Origin: Alphaproteobacteria bacterium
Lineage (GTDB): Bacteria; Pseudomonadota; Alphaproteobacteria; Rs-D84
Direction of reading: 5' to 3'
DNA length: 42,621 bases
Assembly: GCA_017513285.1 (NCBI GenBank)
Contig: JAFXGD010000033.1
Span: forward strand, 1 to 42,621
Shown here: positions 27,509 through 35,986 of the stretch, piece by piece
Position numbering within the stretch: position 1 is the stretch's first letter
Layout: each line of letters starts with the position of its first letter
Program-made: the position numbers and the translations under genes
The notes under the pieces: generated by a model
What the model saw: only the letters and a program-made list of their open reading frames with translations
Told to the model about the DNA's origin: nothing
The model's database searches: none

Positions 27509-28552
27509 ATGATGAAAATAATACGAAATTTGTTTGCGCCGGCGGCAAATAAAACAACGGCTGGCGAATTGGCGACCAAATTTGGTCTGGAATTACGTGG
27601 TGATGCGAATGCGCCGGTGACGGGTGTTGCGCCGATTGCGGATGCCCGTGCGGGTCAGTTGGCTTTTTATTCCACCGAACAGAACAGCAATGCGTTCAAG
27701 ATTTTGCCATTATCTGTTTTGCAAAACACCCGTGCGACGGTTATATTGGTTCAACCGGAAATGGCCCAACATGCGCCAACCGGTGCGACATTATTGGTGA
27801 CGGACAGTCCCCGTGGCAACATTGTCAAGATTTTGGGTGAAATTTATCGTGCCAAGCCACGCTTTGGCATCAATCGCAATGCGCATATCGACCGTGGTGT
27901 ATTCTTTCGCAAAAAAAGAACGACCTATGTTGCCCAGTTTGCGACCATTGAACGTGGTGCGGTAATTGAACCGGATGTCAAGATTTATCCATACGCATAT
28001 ATCGGCCGCAATGTTGTATTGGGTCGTGGGACGGTTGTGCACAGTGGTGCGCACATTGAAAATGCGACGATTGGTGCGGATTGCGTAATAAATTCTGGTG
28101 CGGTTATTGGTAAAGATGGCTTTGGGTACACCCGCCAAAATGGGAAAAATGTCTTTATTCCGCACGTTGGTCGTGTTGTATTGGGTGAACGTGTGTCTAT
28201 TGGTGCGAACACATGTGTTGATCGTGGTGCCATGACGGACACACGGATTGGTGACGGGACGAAAGTTGATAATTTATGTCAAATTGCCCATGGTGTTGTG
28301 GTTGGTTCTGAATGCTTTTTGGCCAGTGGCGTTGGCTTGGCGGGTGGCGTTGTTATTGGCGACCGGGTTTTATTGGGTGGTCACGTTGGTGTTGCCAATG
28401 GTGTCAAGATTGGCAATGATGCATCTGTTGGCGCAAACAGTGGTGTTTTCCGTAATATCCCAGATGGCGAAAGTCATATGGGGTATCCGGCGGGGCCTGG
28501 GACTGAATTTATGCGTCACTATGCATGGTTGCGTAAAAATGCGAAAAAATAA
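27509..28552 (+). CDS. lpxD: UDP-3-O-(3-hydroxyacyl)glucosamine N-acyltransferase LpxD
   Basis: Hexapeptide repeats, VIGKDGFGY, IPHVGRV, IGANTCVDRGA, KVDNLCQIAHGV. Start re-called at ATG 27509 (or 27512). Confidence 0.95.
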   Translation: MMKIIRNLFAPAANKTTAGELATKFGLELRGDANAPVTGVAPIADARAGQLAFYSTEQNSNAFKILPLSVLQNTRATVILVQPEMAQHAPTGATLLVTDSPRGNIVKILGEIYRAKPRFGINRNAHIDRGVFFRKKRTTYVAQFATIERGAVIEPDVKIYPYAYIGRNVVLGRGTVVHSGAHIENATIGADCVINSGAVIGKDGFGYTRQNGKNVFIPHVGRVVLGERVSIGANTCVDRGAMTDTRIGDGTKVDNLCQIAHGVVVGSECFLASGVGLAGGVVIGDRVLLGGHVGVANGVKIGNDASVGANSGVFRNIPDGESHMGYPAGPGTEFMRHYAWLRKNAKK

Positions 28553-28567
28553 TTGATTCATGCACAA

Positions 28568-28702
28568 ATGATTGATAATAAAAAGGCTATTGTTCGTATT
28601 TATCCACCAAAGCGCATTTTGCAAAAAATGCCAACTGATAAATTTGTAAAGCCAACAGTAAAAATCATAATCGAAAGTTGGATGCTGTCCAAACAAAAAT
28701 AA
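28568..28702 (+). CDS. Candidate small basic protein (44 aa) between lpxD and fabZ
   Basis: MIDNKKAIVRIYPPKRILQKMPTDKFVKPTVKIIIESWMLSKQK fills the gap and ends at the fabZ RBS; no clear SD. Confidence 0.35.
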   Translation: MIDNKKAIVRIYPPKRILQKMPTDKFVKPTVKIIIESWMLSKQK

Positions 28703-28715
28703 AAGGAAAGGAAAA

Positions 28716-29162
28716 ATGATAGATGCAAAAGAAATCGAAACGGTAATTCCGCATCGTGGTGACATGCGCTTGGTTGATGAAATTCGTGAATATAATGATA
28801 CCAGTGCTGTTGGCATAAAATACGTCCGTGATGATGAATTTTGGTGTTCTGGTCATTTTCCGGGCGATCCGATTATGCCGGGCGTATTACAGGTCGAAGC
28901 ATTGGCGCAAACGGCATGTTATGTTGCATTTGCCCGCATGACCGATGCGGAACGTGCCGGTATGTTGGGGTACTTTACCACCATGGAAAAGATAAAGTTT
29001 TCGCACATGGTCCGCCCCGGTGACAAATTGGAATTGCATGTTGAATTATTAATGACCAAGATGAAGTTGTACAAATTCCACGGGATTGCGTTGGTTGGTG
29101 GGAAAAAAGTTGCCGAAGCGACCTTTACTGCGGTCATTCAACGTGCGGATTCGGGGCAGTAA
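28716..29162 (+). CDS. fabZ: 3-hydroxyacyl-ACP dehydratase FabZ
   Basis: IPHR..MRLVD, GHFPGDPIMPGVLQVEALAQ, VRPGDKL. Confidence 0.97.
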   Translation: MIDAKEIETVIPHRGDMRLVDEIREYNDTSAVGIKYVRDDEFWCSGHFPGDPIMPGVLQVEALAQTACYVAFARMTDAERAGMLGYFTTMEKIKFSHMVRPGDKLELHVELLMTKMKLYKFHGIALVGGKKVAEATFTAVIQRADSGQ

Positions 29163-29170
29163 AAAAATAC

Positions 29171-29252
29171 TTGATTTTTGATTAAAACTTGGCATAATTT
29201 ACGGCGTTCCTGCTGATGACAATGGTGTTATCGGCTGATTAAACCATAGGAA
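29171..29252 (+). promoter_or_regulatory. rpsF promoter and S6:S18-binding leader
   Basis: TTGATT-16nt-CATAAT; TTCCTG pairs with the SD segment TAGGAA; inner stem GCTGATGACA/TGTTATCGGC; unpaired CCA just 5' of the SD (CCR motif of S6:S18 leaders). Confidence 0.7.
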
Positions 29253-29258
29253 AATAAA

Positions 29259-29597
29259 ATGGCTTTTTATGAAAGTGTCTTGGTTTTTCGTCAAGACTTA
29301 ACCGAACCGCAGGTAAAAGAAAAAGCGGCAAAATTCTCTGAAATTATCAAAGAATTGGGTGGTGATGTTAAATCCACAGAATTCTGGGGATTGAAAAATT
29401 TGGCATATATCATCCGCAAAAATCGCAAGGCTCACTATGTTATGTTGAACATTGAATTGGGCGGTGATAAAATTACAGAATTGGAACGTCGTTCCCGCAT
29501 TGACGAAGACGTTATCCGTTTCTTGAATGTTCGTGTTGACGAATTGGCTTCAACACCTTCTATCATGATGAAAAAGAATACCGAGGAGGCTGAATAA
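29259..29597 (+). CDS. rpsF: 30S ribosomal protein S6
   Basis: [28 protein letters not shown]. Confidence 0.98.
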   Translation: MAFYESVLVFRQDLTEPQVKEKAAKFSEIIKELGGDVKSTEFWGLKNLAYIIRKNRKAHYVMLNIELGGDKITELERRSRIDEDVIRFLNVRVDELASTPSIMMKKNTEEAE

Positions 29598-29824
29598 TGG
29601 CAGTTCGTGCAGCAATTTATCGTAAAAAATCAAACCCATTAAAGGGCAAGGTTATTGATTACAAAGATACCAAAACATTGGCGCACTATATCACAGAACG
29701 TGGTAAAATTGTTCCATCCCGTATCAGTGGTGTTTCCCAGAAAGATCAACGTGCATTGGCGGTTGCCATCAAACGTGCGCGTCATTTGGGTTTATTGCCA
29801 TTTGTTCGTAACAACTTGGGTTAA
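29597..29824 (+). CDS. rpsR: 30S ribosomal protein S18
   Basis: [30 protein letters not shown]; TAATG coupling to rpsF. Confidence 0.98.
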   Translation: MAVRAAIYRKKSNPLKGKVIDYKDTKTLAHYITERGKIVPSRISGVSQKDQRALAVAIKRARHLGLLPFVRNNLG

Positions 29825-29869
29825 AATTTGGGCATATGCTCTAACTTATAAAACATAAGGACAGATAAA

Positions 29870-30463
29870 ATGAAAGTTATTTTGACAGAAAAAATCACAA
29901 AGTTGGGCAATATCGGTGATGCGGTCGAAGTTAAAACCGGTTTTGCACGTAACTATTTGTTGCCAAACGGCAAAGCGATGCGTTTCACTCGTGAAAACGT
30001 TGCATTGTTCGAAGCGAAAAAAGCAGAATTGACCGCCCGTCAAGAAGCGGCCAAGAAATCGGCCGAATCAAATGTTGATGCGGTGCGTAATGCAAAACTG
30101 CACATGATTCGCCAAGCGGGCGATACCGGCCAATTGTATGGTTCTGTATCAACACGTGACATCGCACGTATGTTGAAAGACGTTGCAAACGTATCTGTTG
30201 AATCTGCCCAGGTTATGTTGGGTGCGCCAATTAAATCTGTTGGTGTATTCGAAACATCTATTGCATTGCACCCAGATGTTATCGTACCTGTTAAAATCTA
30301 TGTTGCGCAATCACAAGACGAAATTGACGCCTTGGTTGCGGGTAAATCTTTGACATTCGGCACCAAGAAAGTGGAAGAAGAAGTCGAAGAAGTTGCCACA
30401 GCAGAAGTTGCAGAAACATCCGCCCCTGTGGCCGAAGAATCTGCCGCAACAGATGCAGAATAA
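29870..30463 (+). CDS. rplI: 50S ribosomal protein L9
   Basis: MKVIL, VKTGFARNYLLP, GQLYGSV, acidic tail. Confidence 0.98.
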   Translation: MKVILTEKITKLGNIGDAVEVKTGFARNYLLPNGKAMRFTRENVALFEAKKAELTARQEAAKKSAESNVDAVRNAKLHMIRQAGDTGQLYGSVSTRDIARMLKDVANVSVESAQVMLGAPIKSVGVFETSIALHPDVIVPVKIYVAQSQDEIDALVAGKSLTFGTKKVEEEVEEVATAEVAETSAPVAEESAATDAE

Positions 30464-30478
30464 TTTGATATCTGAATT

Positions 30479-30506
30479 AAAAAGTCCCCCAAATGGGGGA
30501 TTTTTT
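30479..30506. terminator. Bidirectional terminator (rplI / hypothetical)
   Basis: AAAAAGTCCCCC-AAAT-GGGGGATTTTTT. Confidence 0.9.
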
Positions 30507-31410
30507 AATAATCGTTATTTTCTAATGTGTGTTTAACTATGTCTTCCAAATGAAATGCATTGATTTCCGTTGCGGATTTCAGGTACTCTGAAATTGGTGC
30601 AGGTTTATATGTTTGCCTGTCGTAATACATTATTTGCGCCCCCAGTGCAGTTTTGGACGGTTGTAAATTATCCAATGCATGTGATAATTCGTGTGCCACT
30701 GTGATGATAAAGGTGTTGAACACCGTGTCGTTGTATTTTTTTGCCAAATTTTTGATGTTTTTCATATAAATATTTACATGTACATGTGGCGTATTATCAT
30801 TGGTGTACCTTATTTTGCATGTTCCGGTCATCAATGGTTTGTCGTCACATTCTGGGTACAGGTCGGCATATAAAATTGGTGCGCCTATGTCGTTGCGCAG
30901 GTTATAAAAATTCACGAAATCATCGGTTATGGTCCACAATAACTCTTGATATGCGGTAAATTCATTTTCTGGCGATGCGTTTTTTGCGGCTTGTATTTGA
31001 TCGGGATATTTTTGTAATCGTTTAATCCAATTCAATGCATTTATTGCGCTTAATGTTGACATGTTTGGCATATTTTTACCCAACATATTACGTGCATCGT
31101 CGAATTTTTTTGCTTTTATCAGTTTGGCCAGTGTTGGATTAAAAGTATCGAATTGGCCACCGGTATATGCCAAGTCTGGGTTGTTTGCAAAATCCAAGAT
31201 GGGCATATTGCGTGGTCTGTATTTGTCCAATTCGATTGCGATCTTTAATCGCAGCCATTGCAACATTGGGTTTTGGTTTTGGACAAAAGATTTCATATCG
31301 TCGGACAGTTGTTGATATGCATCGTCTGTTGGATTTGGTATATATTGTTCCAATTCATCCAACCAATGTTTTGCAAATTTTAATTCAAAGTTCATATCGT
31401 TTGTCGCCAC
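30505..31410 (-). CDS. Hypothetical protein with C-terminal HExxH zincin-like motif
   Basis: 301-aa AT-rich ORF, GTG start with AAAGGG RBS and upstream TATAAT; TVAHELSHALD followed by SATEINAF. Confidence 0.75.
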   Translation of the reverse strand: MATNDMNFELKFAKHWLDELEQYIPNPTDDAYQQLSDDMKSFVQNQNPMLQWLRLKIAIELDKYRPRNMPILDFANNPDLAYTGGQFDTFNPTLAKLIKAKKFDDARNMLGKNMPNMSTLSAINALNWIKRLQKYPDQIQAAKNASPENEFTAYQELLWTITDDFVNFYNLRNDIGAPILYADLYPECDDKPLMTGTCKIRYTNDNTPHVHVNIYMKNIKNLAKKYNDTVFNTFIITVAHELSHALDNLQPSKTALGAQIMYYDRQTYKPAPISEYLKSATEINAFHLEDIVKHTLENNDY

Positions 31411-31544
31411 TGTGTACCCTTTGCCACGATTATATCAGAAATATTGCCAAAATCACATATATATCTGCCGGCGCTTTTCTTTTGGACGTGTTATGGAAAC
31501 TTTGTTTTGTTCCATGGTTGCCGTCCTTATTTTTATTGTCGTAC

Positions 31545-31576
31545 AAAAAAACAGGGGGGTGTTCCCCCCGTTTTTT
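31545..31576 (-). terminator. Intrinsic terminator after efp
   Basis: Minus strand AAAAAACGGGGGG-AACA-CCCCCCTG-TTTTTTT. Confidence 0.85.
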
Positions 31577-31584
31577 ATATTTAA

Positions 31585-32154
31585 TTATTTTGCACGTTCT
31601 ACATATTCCAATGTTTCTGTATTAACGACAATTCTTTCGCCTTGTTCGATAAATACAGGTACCTGAACACGTACGCCGTTGTCCAAGATTGCGGGTTTTC
31701 CACCACTGCCTGTGGCGGTTTGTCCCTTTAATGCAGGTTCTGTTTCTTCAACGGTTGCGATAACTGTTTTTGGCAAAGAAATGGATACAGGTTGACCTTC
31801 AACAAAGTTTGCCTTTACAACCATTTCTGGGGCCAAGAATTTCATCATTTCGCCCAAAGAATCCACCGGCATTGTGAACTGTTCATAATCGGACAGATTC
31901 ATAAAGAATGCATCGCTGCCATCTGCATACAAATATTGGCAATCGAAATCTTCGACCATTAATTTTTCAACTTTGTCTTCTGCGCGCCAACGGTCGCCGC
32001 CCTTGTTTCCGGAATCGATGTCACGCAAATCGGCCTGAACAAAAGCGCCACCTTTACCCGGTTTAACTTTTGTGATTGATGTAACCGAATATCTTTTTCC
32101 GTTATGGGAAATCACCCAACCCACACGCATATCGTTTGCAATATAAGATGCCAT
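31585..32154 (-). CDS. efp: Elongation factor P (Lys-loop type, PGKGG)
   Basis: KVKPGKGGAFVQ, QYLY, KGQTA..KPAILDNG..VQVPVFI, EYVERA. Start re-called at ATG 32154. Confidence 0.98.
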   Translation of the reverse strand: MASYIANDMRVGWVISHNGKRYSVTSITKVKPGKGGAFVQADLRDIDSGNKGGDRWRAEDKVEKLMVEDFDCQYLYADGSDAFFMNLSDYEQFTMPVDSLGEMMKFLAPEMVVKANFVEGQPVSISLPKTVIATVEETEPALKGQTATGSGGKPAILDNGVRVQVPVFIEQGERIVVNTETLEYVERAK

Positions 32155-32216
32155 ATTTGTACCCCTTTTAAATTTTCTGTTTTGATTATAAAGATAAAGT
32201 GTCCAAACGCAAGTAT

Positions 32217-32759
32217 TTATTGTGATTGGCGTTTGTGTTGCCAATATCTGTCGATACTGTCCATAATCAGTTTATCTGCCGTTGCACGATCGGCCCAACC
32301 CAAGATTTTAGACCAAGAATGTGGTTGCAAATCTTTATAGTGTTGAAAGAAATATTCGATTTTAGACCGCAAAATTTCGGGCAACTGTTCAATAAATTCG
32401 ATTTTTTCGTAATATGGATCGATTTTATCACGTGGTACACAGATGATTTTTTCATCGCCACCGGCTTGGTCTTCCATCAACAGTGCGCCGATTGGTCTGA
32501 CTTCGATAATCACACCTGGGCGCAGTGGTGCATTACAAACCACAACACAATCCAATGGGTCGCCATCATCGCCCAATGTTCCCGGAAAATATCCATAGTT
32601 CGCCGGATATGCCATTGGGGCGTGCAAAATTCTGTCCACCTTTAACAGGCCGGTTTCTTTGTCGATTTCATATTTAACATGCCCATTTTCAGGAATTTCA
32701 ATAATTGCATTCATTTTCTTTGGTGGCAATTTTCCTGGGGCTATTTCACCTATTGTCAT
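32217..32759 (-). CDS. ppa: Family I soluble inorganic pyrophosphatase
   Basis: IEIP, KYEIDK, YPANYG, DGDPLD, DEKI, FFQHYKDL. Confidence 0.98.
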   Translation of the reverse strand: MTIGEIAPGKLPPKKMNAIIEIPENGHVKYEIDKETGLLKVDRILHAPMAYPANYGYFPGTLGDDGDPLDCVVVCNAPLRPGVIIEVRPIGALLMEDQAGGDEKIICVPRDKIDPYYEKIEFIEQLPEILRSKIEYFFQHYKDLQPHSWSKILGWADRATADKLIMDSIDRYWQHKRQSQ

Positions 32760-32841
32760 ATTTAATTGTCCTTTGTTGTTTTATCGGGCAATATTATCAC
32801 AAAAAAATACGAATGCAATTATTTGTGTTTCAAATCTTTTT

Positions 32842-34824
32842 TTACCACAGTTTTACACGTTCGTCTGGTGCGATAAACATTTGGTCTGTTTCGGTTATAC
32901 CGAATGCGTCATACCATGCGTTTATATGTGGCAAAATACCATTGACACGATTTTTGCCCAAAGAATGTTCGTCGACTTTGGTTAATCTCAGTTCTTCTTC
33001 TGCACGAATATTCTGCGCCCATGCGCCGGCGTATGCGATAAAGAAACGCATGTCGGCGGTCAAATTCGCGACATCTGCCGATGGGGTGCCGTATTTTTTG
33101 TATGCGTCAAAAGCAATAGTCACACCGCCGTAATCAGCCAAATTTTCGCCCAGTGTAAATTCACCATTTGCAAACACTTCATCATTAATCTTGATTTTAT
33201 CAAAGAATTCCTTCATGACTTTTGCACGTTCGTCAAATCCTGCTGCGTCTGCGGTGGTCCACCAATCTTTCATATTTCCGTCTTTGTCAAAATGACGTCC
33301 GGAATCGTCGAATCCGTGGGTCATTTCGTGTCCGATAACGGCCCCAATTGCGCCATAGTTAAACGCATCGTCCGCCGACATGTCAAAGAACGGATATTGT
33401 AAAATCCCGGCCGGAAAGCAAATTTCATTTGTAGACGGGTCATAATACGCATTCACTTCGTGTGCGTTCATGTACCATATGTTTGGATCTTTTTTCTGGC
33501 CAATTTTTGCAATCCAAAATTCATCTTCGAATTGTGCGACACGCACCATATTTTCCCACAAAGAATCATTTTTGATTTCCAATTTATCATAACTGCGCCA
33601 TTTGTCGGGGTACCCGATTTTTGCACGGAATGTGGATAGTTTTTCCAATGCTTTTTCACGTGTTTCATCGGACATCCAATCTAAATTTTCAATACGGTCT
33701 GCGTATGCATGTTGCAGATTTTTTACCAATTTTTGCATACGTTTTTTTGCATCGCCGGAAAAGTATTGTTCAACATATAATCTGCCGATTTCTTCGCCCA
33801 AAGACCCGTCCAACATAGATACCGCACGTTTCCAACGTGGTTTTGGTTCTTTTTGGCCGGCCATTGTTCGGTTATAGAAATCAAAGGCAATATCGTATGT
33901 TTTGTCATCTAATACAGAATCTGCGGCACTGACGATGCGGTATTTCAGATATGTTTTAATCAATTCCATATCTGTATCGTTCATGATTGCGATTGATTCT
34001 GTGATTGCTTCGGGTTGTGCGATATTGATAAATTCTGCATTTGATGCGCCCCGTGTTGCCAAGAAAGTATCCCAATCAAACCCGCTGAACTTTTCTTTTA
34101 CTTCTGCAACACTCATTTTGTGATAGTTTGCATGTGGGTCACGCAATTTTTCTTTTGGATAGAAAGATTTGGCCATGCGTTCTTCCAAGTTATACAGTTT
34201 TTCTGCGTCCACATCCAAACCAAAGTTTTTCATTTGTTTTTCGATAAATTCTTTGTATTTTTTTCTGACCTCTACGGATTTTGCATCTGTATCAAAATAG
34301 TAATCACGTGACAGTCCCAATCCGCCTTGTCCAATGTTGTACAGGAAATGTTCGCTGTCCATTTCGTCCAATGCCACGCCGTCGCCCCAGAATGCAGATG
34401 AAAAACTAAAAATTTTACCCATATATTTTGGCAGGTCCGCACGTGTCAGTGTATCGATTTCTGTTAAATATTTTTTAACCGGTTCAACGCCGTCGGCATT
34501 TAATTTGTCTGCATCCATTGCAATTTTGTACAGCATTCCAATTTTGCCGGTATCGTTTTCTGCAATTTGGCGTGTACGTTCTAAATTCGTGTTGCGCAAA
34601 ACTTCGAATGCGCCAAATCGTGAATAGTCATCGGGGATTGGGTGTGCCGTTTGCCAACCACGTGTTGCATAATTATAAAAGTCTTCGCCGGCTTTTACCG
34701 ATGTGTCCATATTTTCAATTTTGATACCTGCATTCAATGTTTTCTCCTTTGTAATATTGTGTGCGAATACGATTGCGCCTGCGATCGCAACGATGCCAAT
34801 TATATTTAAAAATTTTCCTTCCAT
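32842..34824 (-). CDS. M13 (neprilysin/PepO-like) zinc metalloendopeptidase with N-terminal anchor or signal
   Basis: DFYNYA, KIGYPD, VNAYY, FPAGILQ, HEMTHGFD, GENLAD. Confidence 0.96.
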   Translation of the reverse strand: MEGKFLNIIGIVAIAGAIVFAHNITKEKTLNAGIKIENMDTSVKAGEDFYNYATRGWQTAHPIPDDYSRFGAFEVLRNTNLERTRQIAENDTGKIGMLYKIAMDADKLNADGVEPVKKYLTEIDTLTRADLPKYMGKIFSFSSAFWGDGVALDEMDSEHFLYNIGQGGLGLSRDYYFDTDAKSVEVRKKYKEFIEKQMKNFGLDVDAEKLYNLEERMAKSFYPKEKLRDPHANYHKMSVAEVKEKFSGFDWDTFLATRGASNAEFINIAQPEAITESIAIMNDTDMELIKTYLKYRIVSAADSVLDDKTYDIAFDFYNRTMAGQKEPKPRWKRAVSMLDGSLGEEIGRLYVEQYFSGDAKKRMQKLVKNLQHAYADRIENLDWMSDETREKALEKLSTFRAKIGYPDKWRSYDKLEIKNDSLWENMVRVAQFEDEFWIAKIGQKKDPNIWYMNAHEVNAYYDPSTNEICFPAGILQYPFFDMSADDAFNYGAIGAVIGHEMTHGFDDSGRHFDKDGNMKDWWTTADAAGFDERAKVMKEFFDKIKINDEVFANGEFTLGENLADYGGVTIAFDAYKKYGTPSADVANLTADMRFFIAYAGAWAQNIRAEEELRLTKVDEHSLGKNRVNGILPHINAWYDAFGITETDQMFIAPDERVKLW

Positions 34825-34826
34825 TT

Positions 34827-35888
34827 TTACTTCACCAATTTTACGATTAAGTCATCCAAAACCAACATTCCCCGGCGTGTGGGTGCGATGCGTCCATTTT
34901 GCACAGTTACCAAATCGGGGTTTGCCGATGCCCATTCCATATCAATAACGTTTTTTACATGTTCTGTCAACTGGCAACCACGCACCGTTCGCATGCCGGT
35001 TATAATCATTTCTGTTGCCCGCATATCATCTGAAATTGGGTCAAATTGTGCGTTTGCGCCCATTTGTTCGTACCAAATACCATTACACAATACACGTCCC
35101 GCTGCACCACGTCCGATGCCGATATATGGTTGGCCGTCCCATATGTTTAAGTTGTGCGCACATTCTGCGCCCGGCATTGCATAGTTCGACACTTCATATC
35201 TGGGTAATTTTAGGTAATCTGTAATTGCGTTATACATTTGCGCCATTGTTTCATTTGTTGGCATATCCAAATTCATTTTACCAAATGGGGTATTGGGTTC
35301 TATGGTTAATTCATACATGGCGCAGTGCGTCAATCCCAAATCATTTATTTGTTTGCATGTTTGAATTACGTCTGAAACACTTTCGGTGGGCAGGCCATAA
35401 ATAAAGTCACCCGATACACGCAATTTTAATTTGTTTGCGGCCGCAATTAAATCGCATGCATCACGAATAGTGTGTTTTCGTCCCAAGAATTTTAATTTTT
35501 CATCATCAAAACTTTGAATTCCAATCGATAAGCGTGTGACACCGGCGTGCATAAAATCGGCCAGTTGTTCCGGGGTGATTGTTCCCGGGTTGGATTCCAA
35601 CGTGATTTCATATGTGTTTGATAAATCGGTGTGTTGCTGCAATGTCTTAATTATCCTATCAAAGTATTGGATGGGCATCAATGACGGTGTTCCGCCCCCA
35701 AAGAAAACAGTTGGTACGGGTATTTTGCCTAATTTTTCGCCCCACATGCGAATTTCGTCGCATATATCGTCTGTGTATTTATCCCAATTTGGCGCCGCAC
35801 ACGCATGCGAAAAGAACGCACAATAATTGCACTTTGACATACAAAAAGGCACGTGAATGTATATATTATGTTGATTTTTATGTGTCAT
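34827..35888 (-). CDS. hemW: Radical SAM heme chaperone HemW (HemN-like)
   Basis: YIHVPFCMSKCNYCAF, FGGGTPS, EITLESNP, YEVSNY, HNLNIW. Start re-called at ATG 35888, 7 nt after TAAAAT. Confidence 0.92.
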   Translation of the reverse strand: MTHKNQHNIYIHVPFCMSKCNYCAFFSHACAAPNWDKYTDDICDEIRMWGEKLGKIPVPTVFFGGGTPSLMPIQYFDRIIKTLQQHTDLSNTYEITLESNPGTITPEQLADFMHAGVTRLSIGIQSFDDEKLKFLGRKHTIRDACDLIAAANKLKLRVSGDFIYGLPTESVSDVIQTCKQINDLGLTHCAMYELTIEPNTPFGKMNLDMPTNETMAQMYNAITDYLKLPRYEVSNYAMPGAECAHNLNIWDGQPYIGIGRGAAGRVLCNGIWYEQMGANAQFDPISDDMRATEMIITGMRTVRGCQLTEHVKNVIDMEWASANPDLVTVQNGRIAPTRRGMLVLDDLIVKLVK

Positions 35889-35986
35889 GCATGGCATTTT
35901 ACAACGTCAAAACCATTGTGCAAGTGGTAAATGAAAAATACTTTTTTAATATTCAAAATTATGTTATAATAAACGCAAAGTTGACA

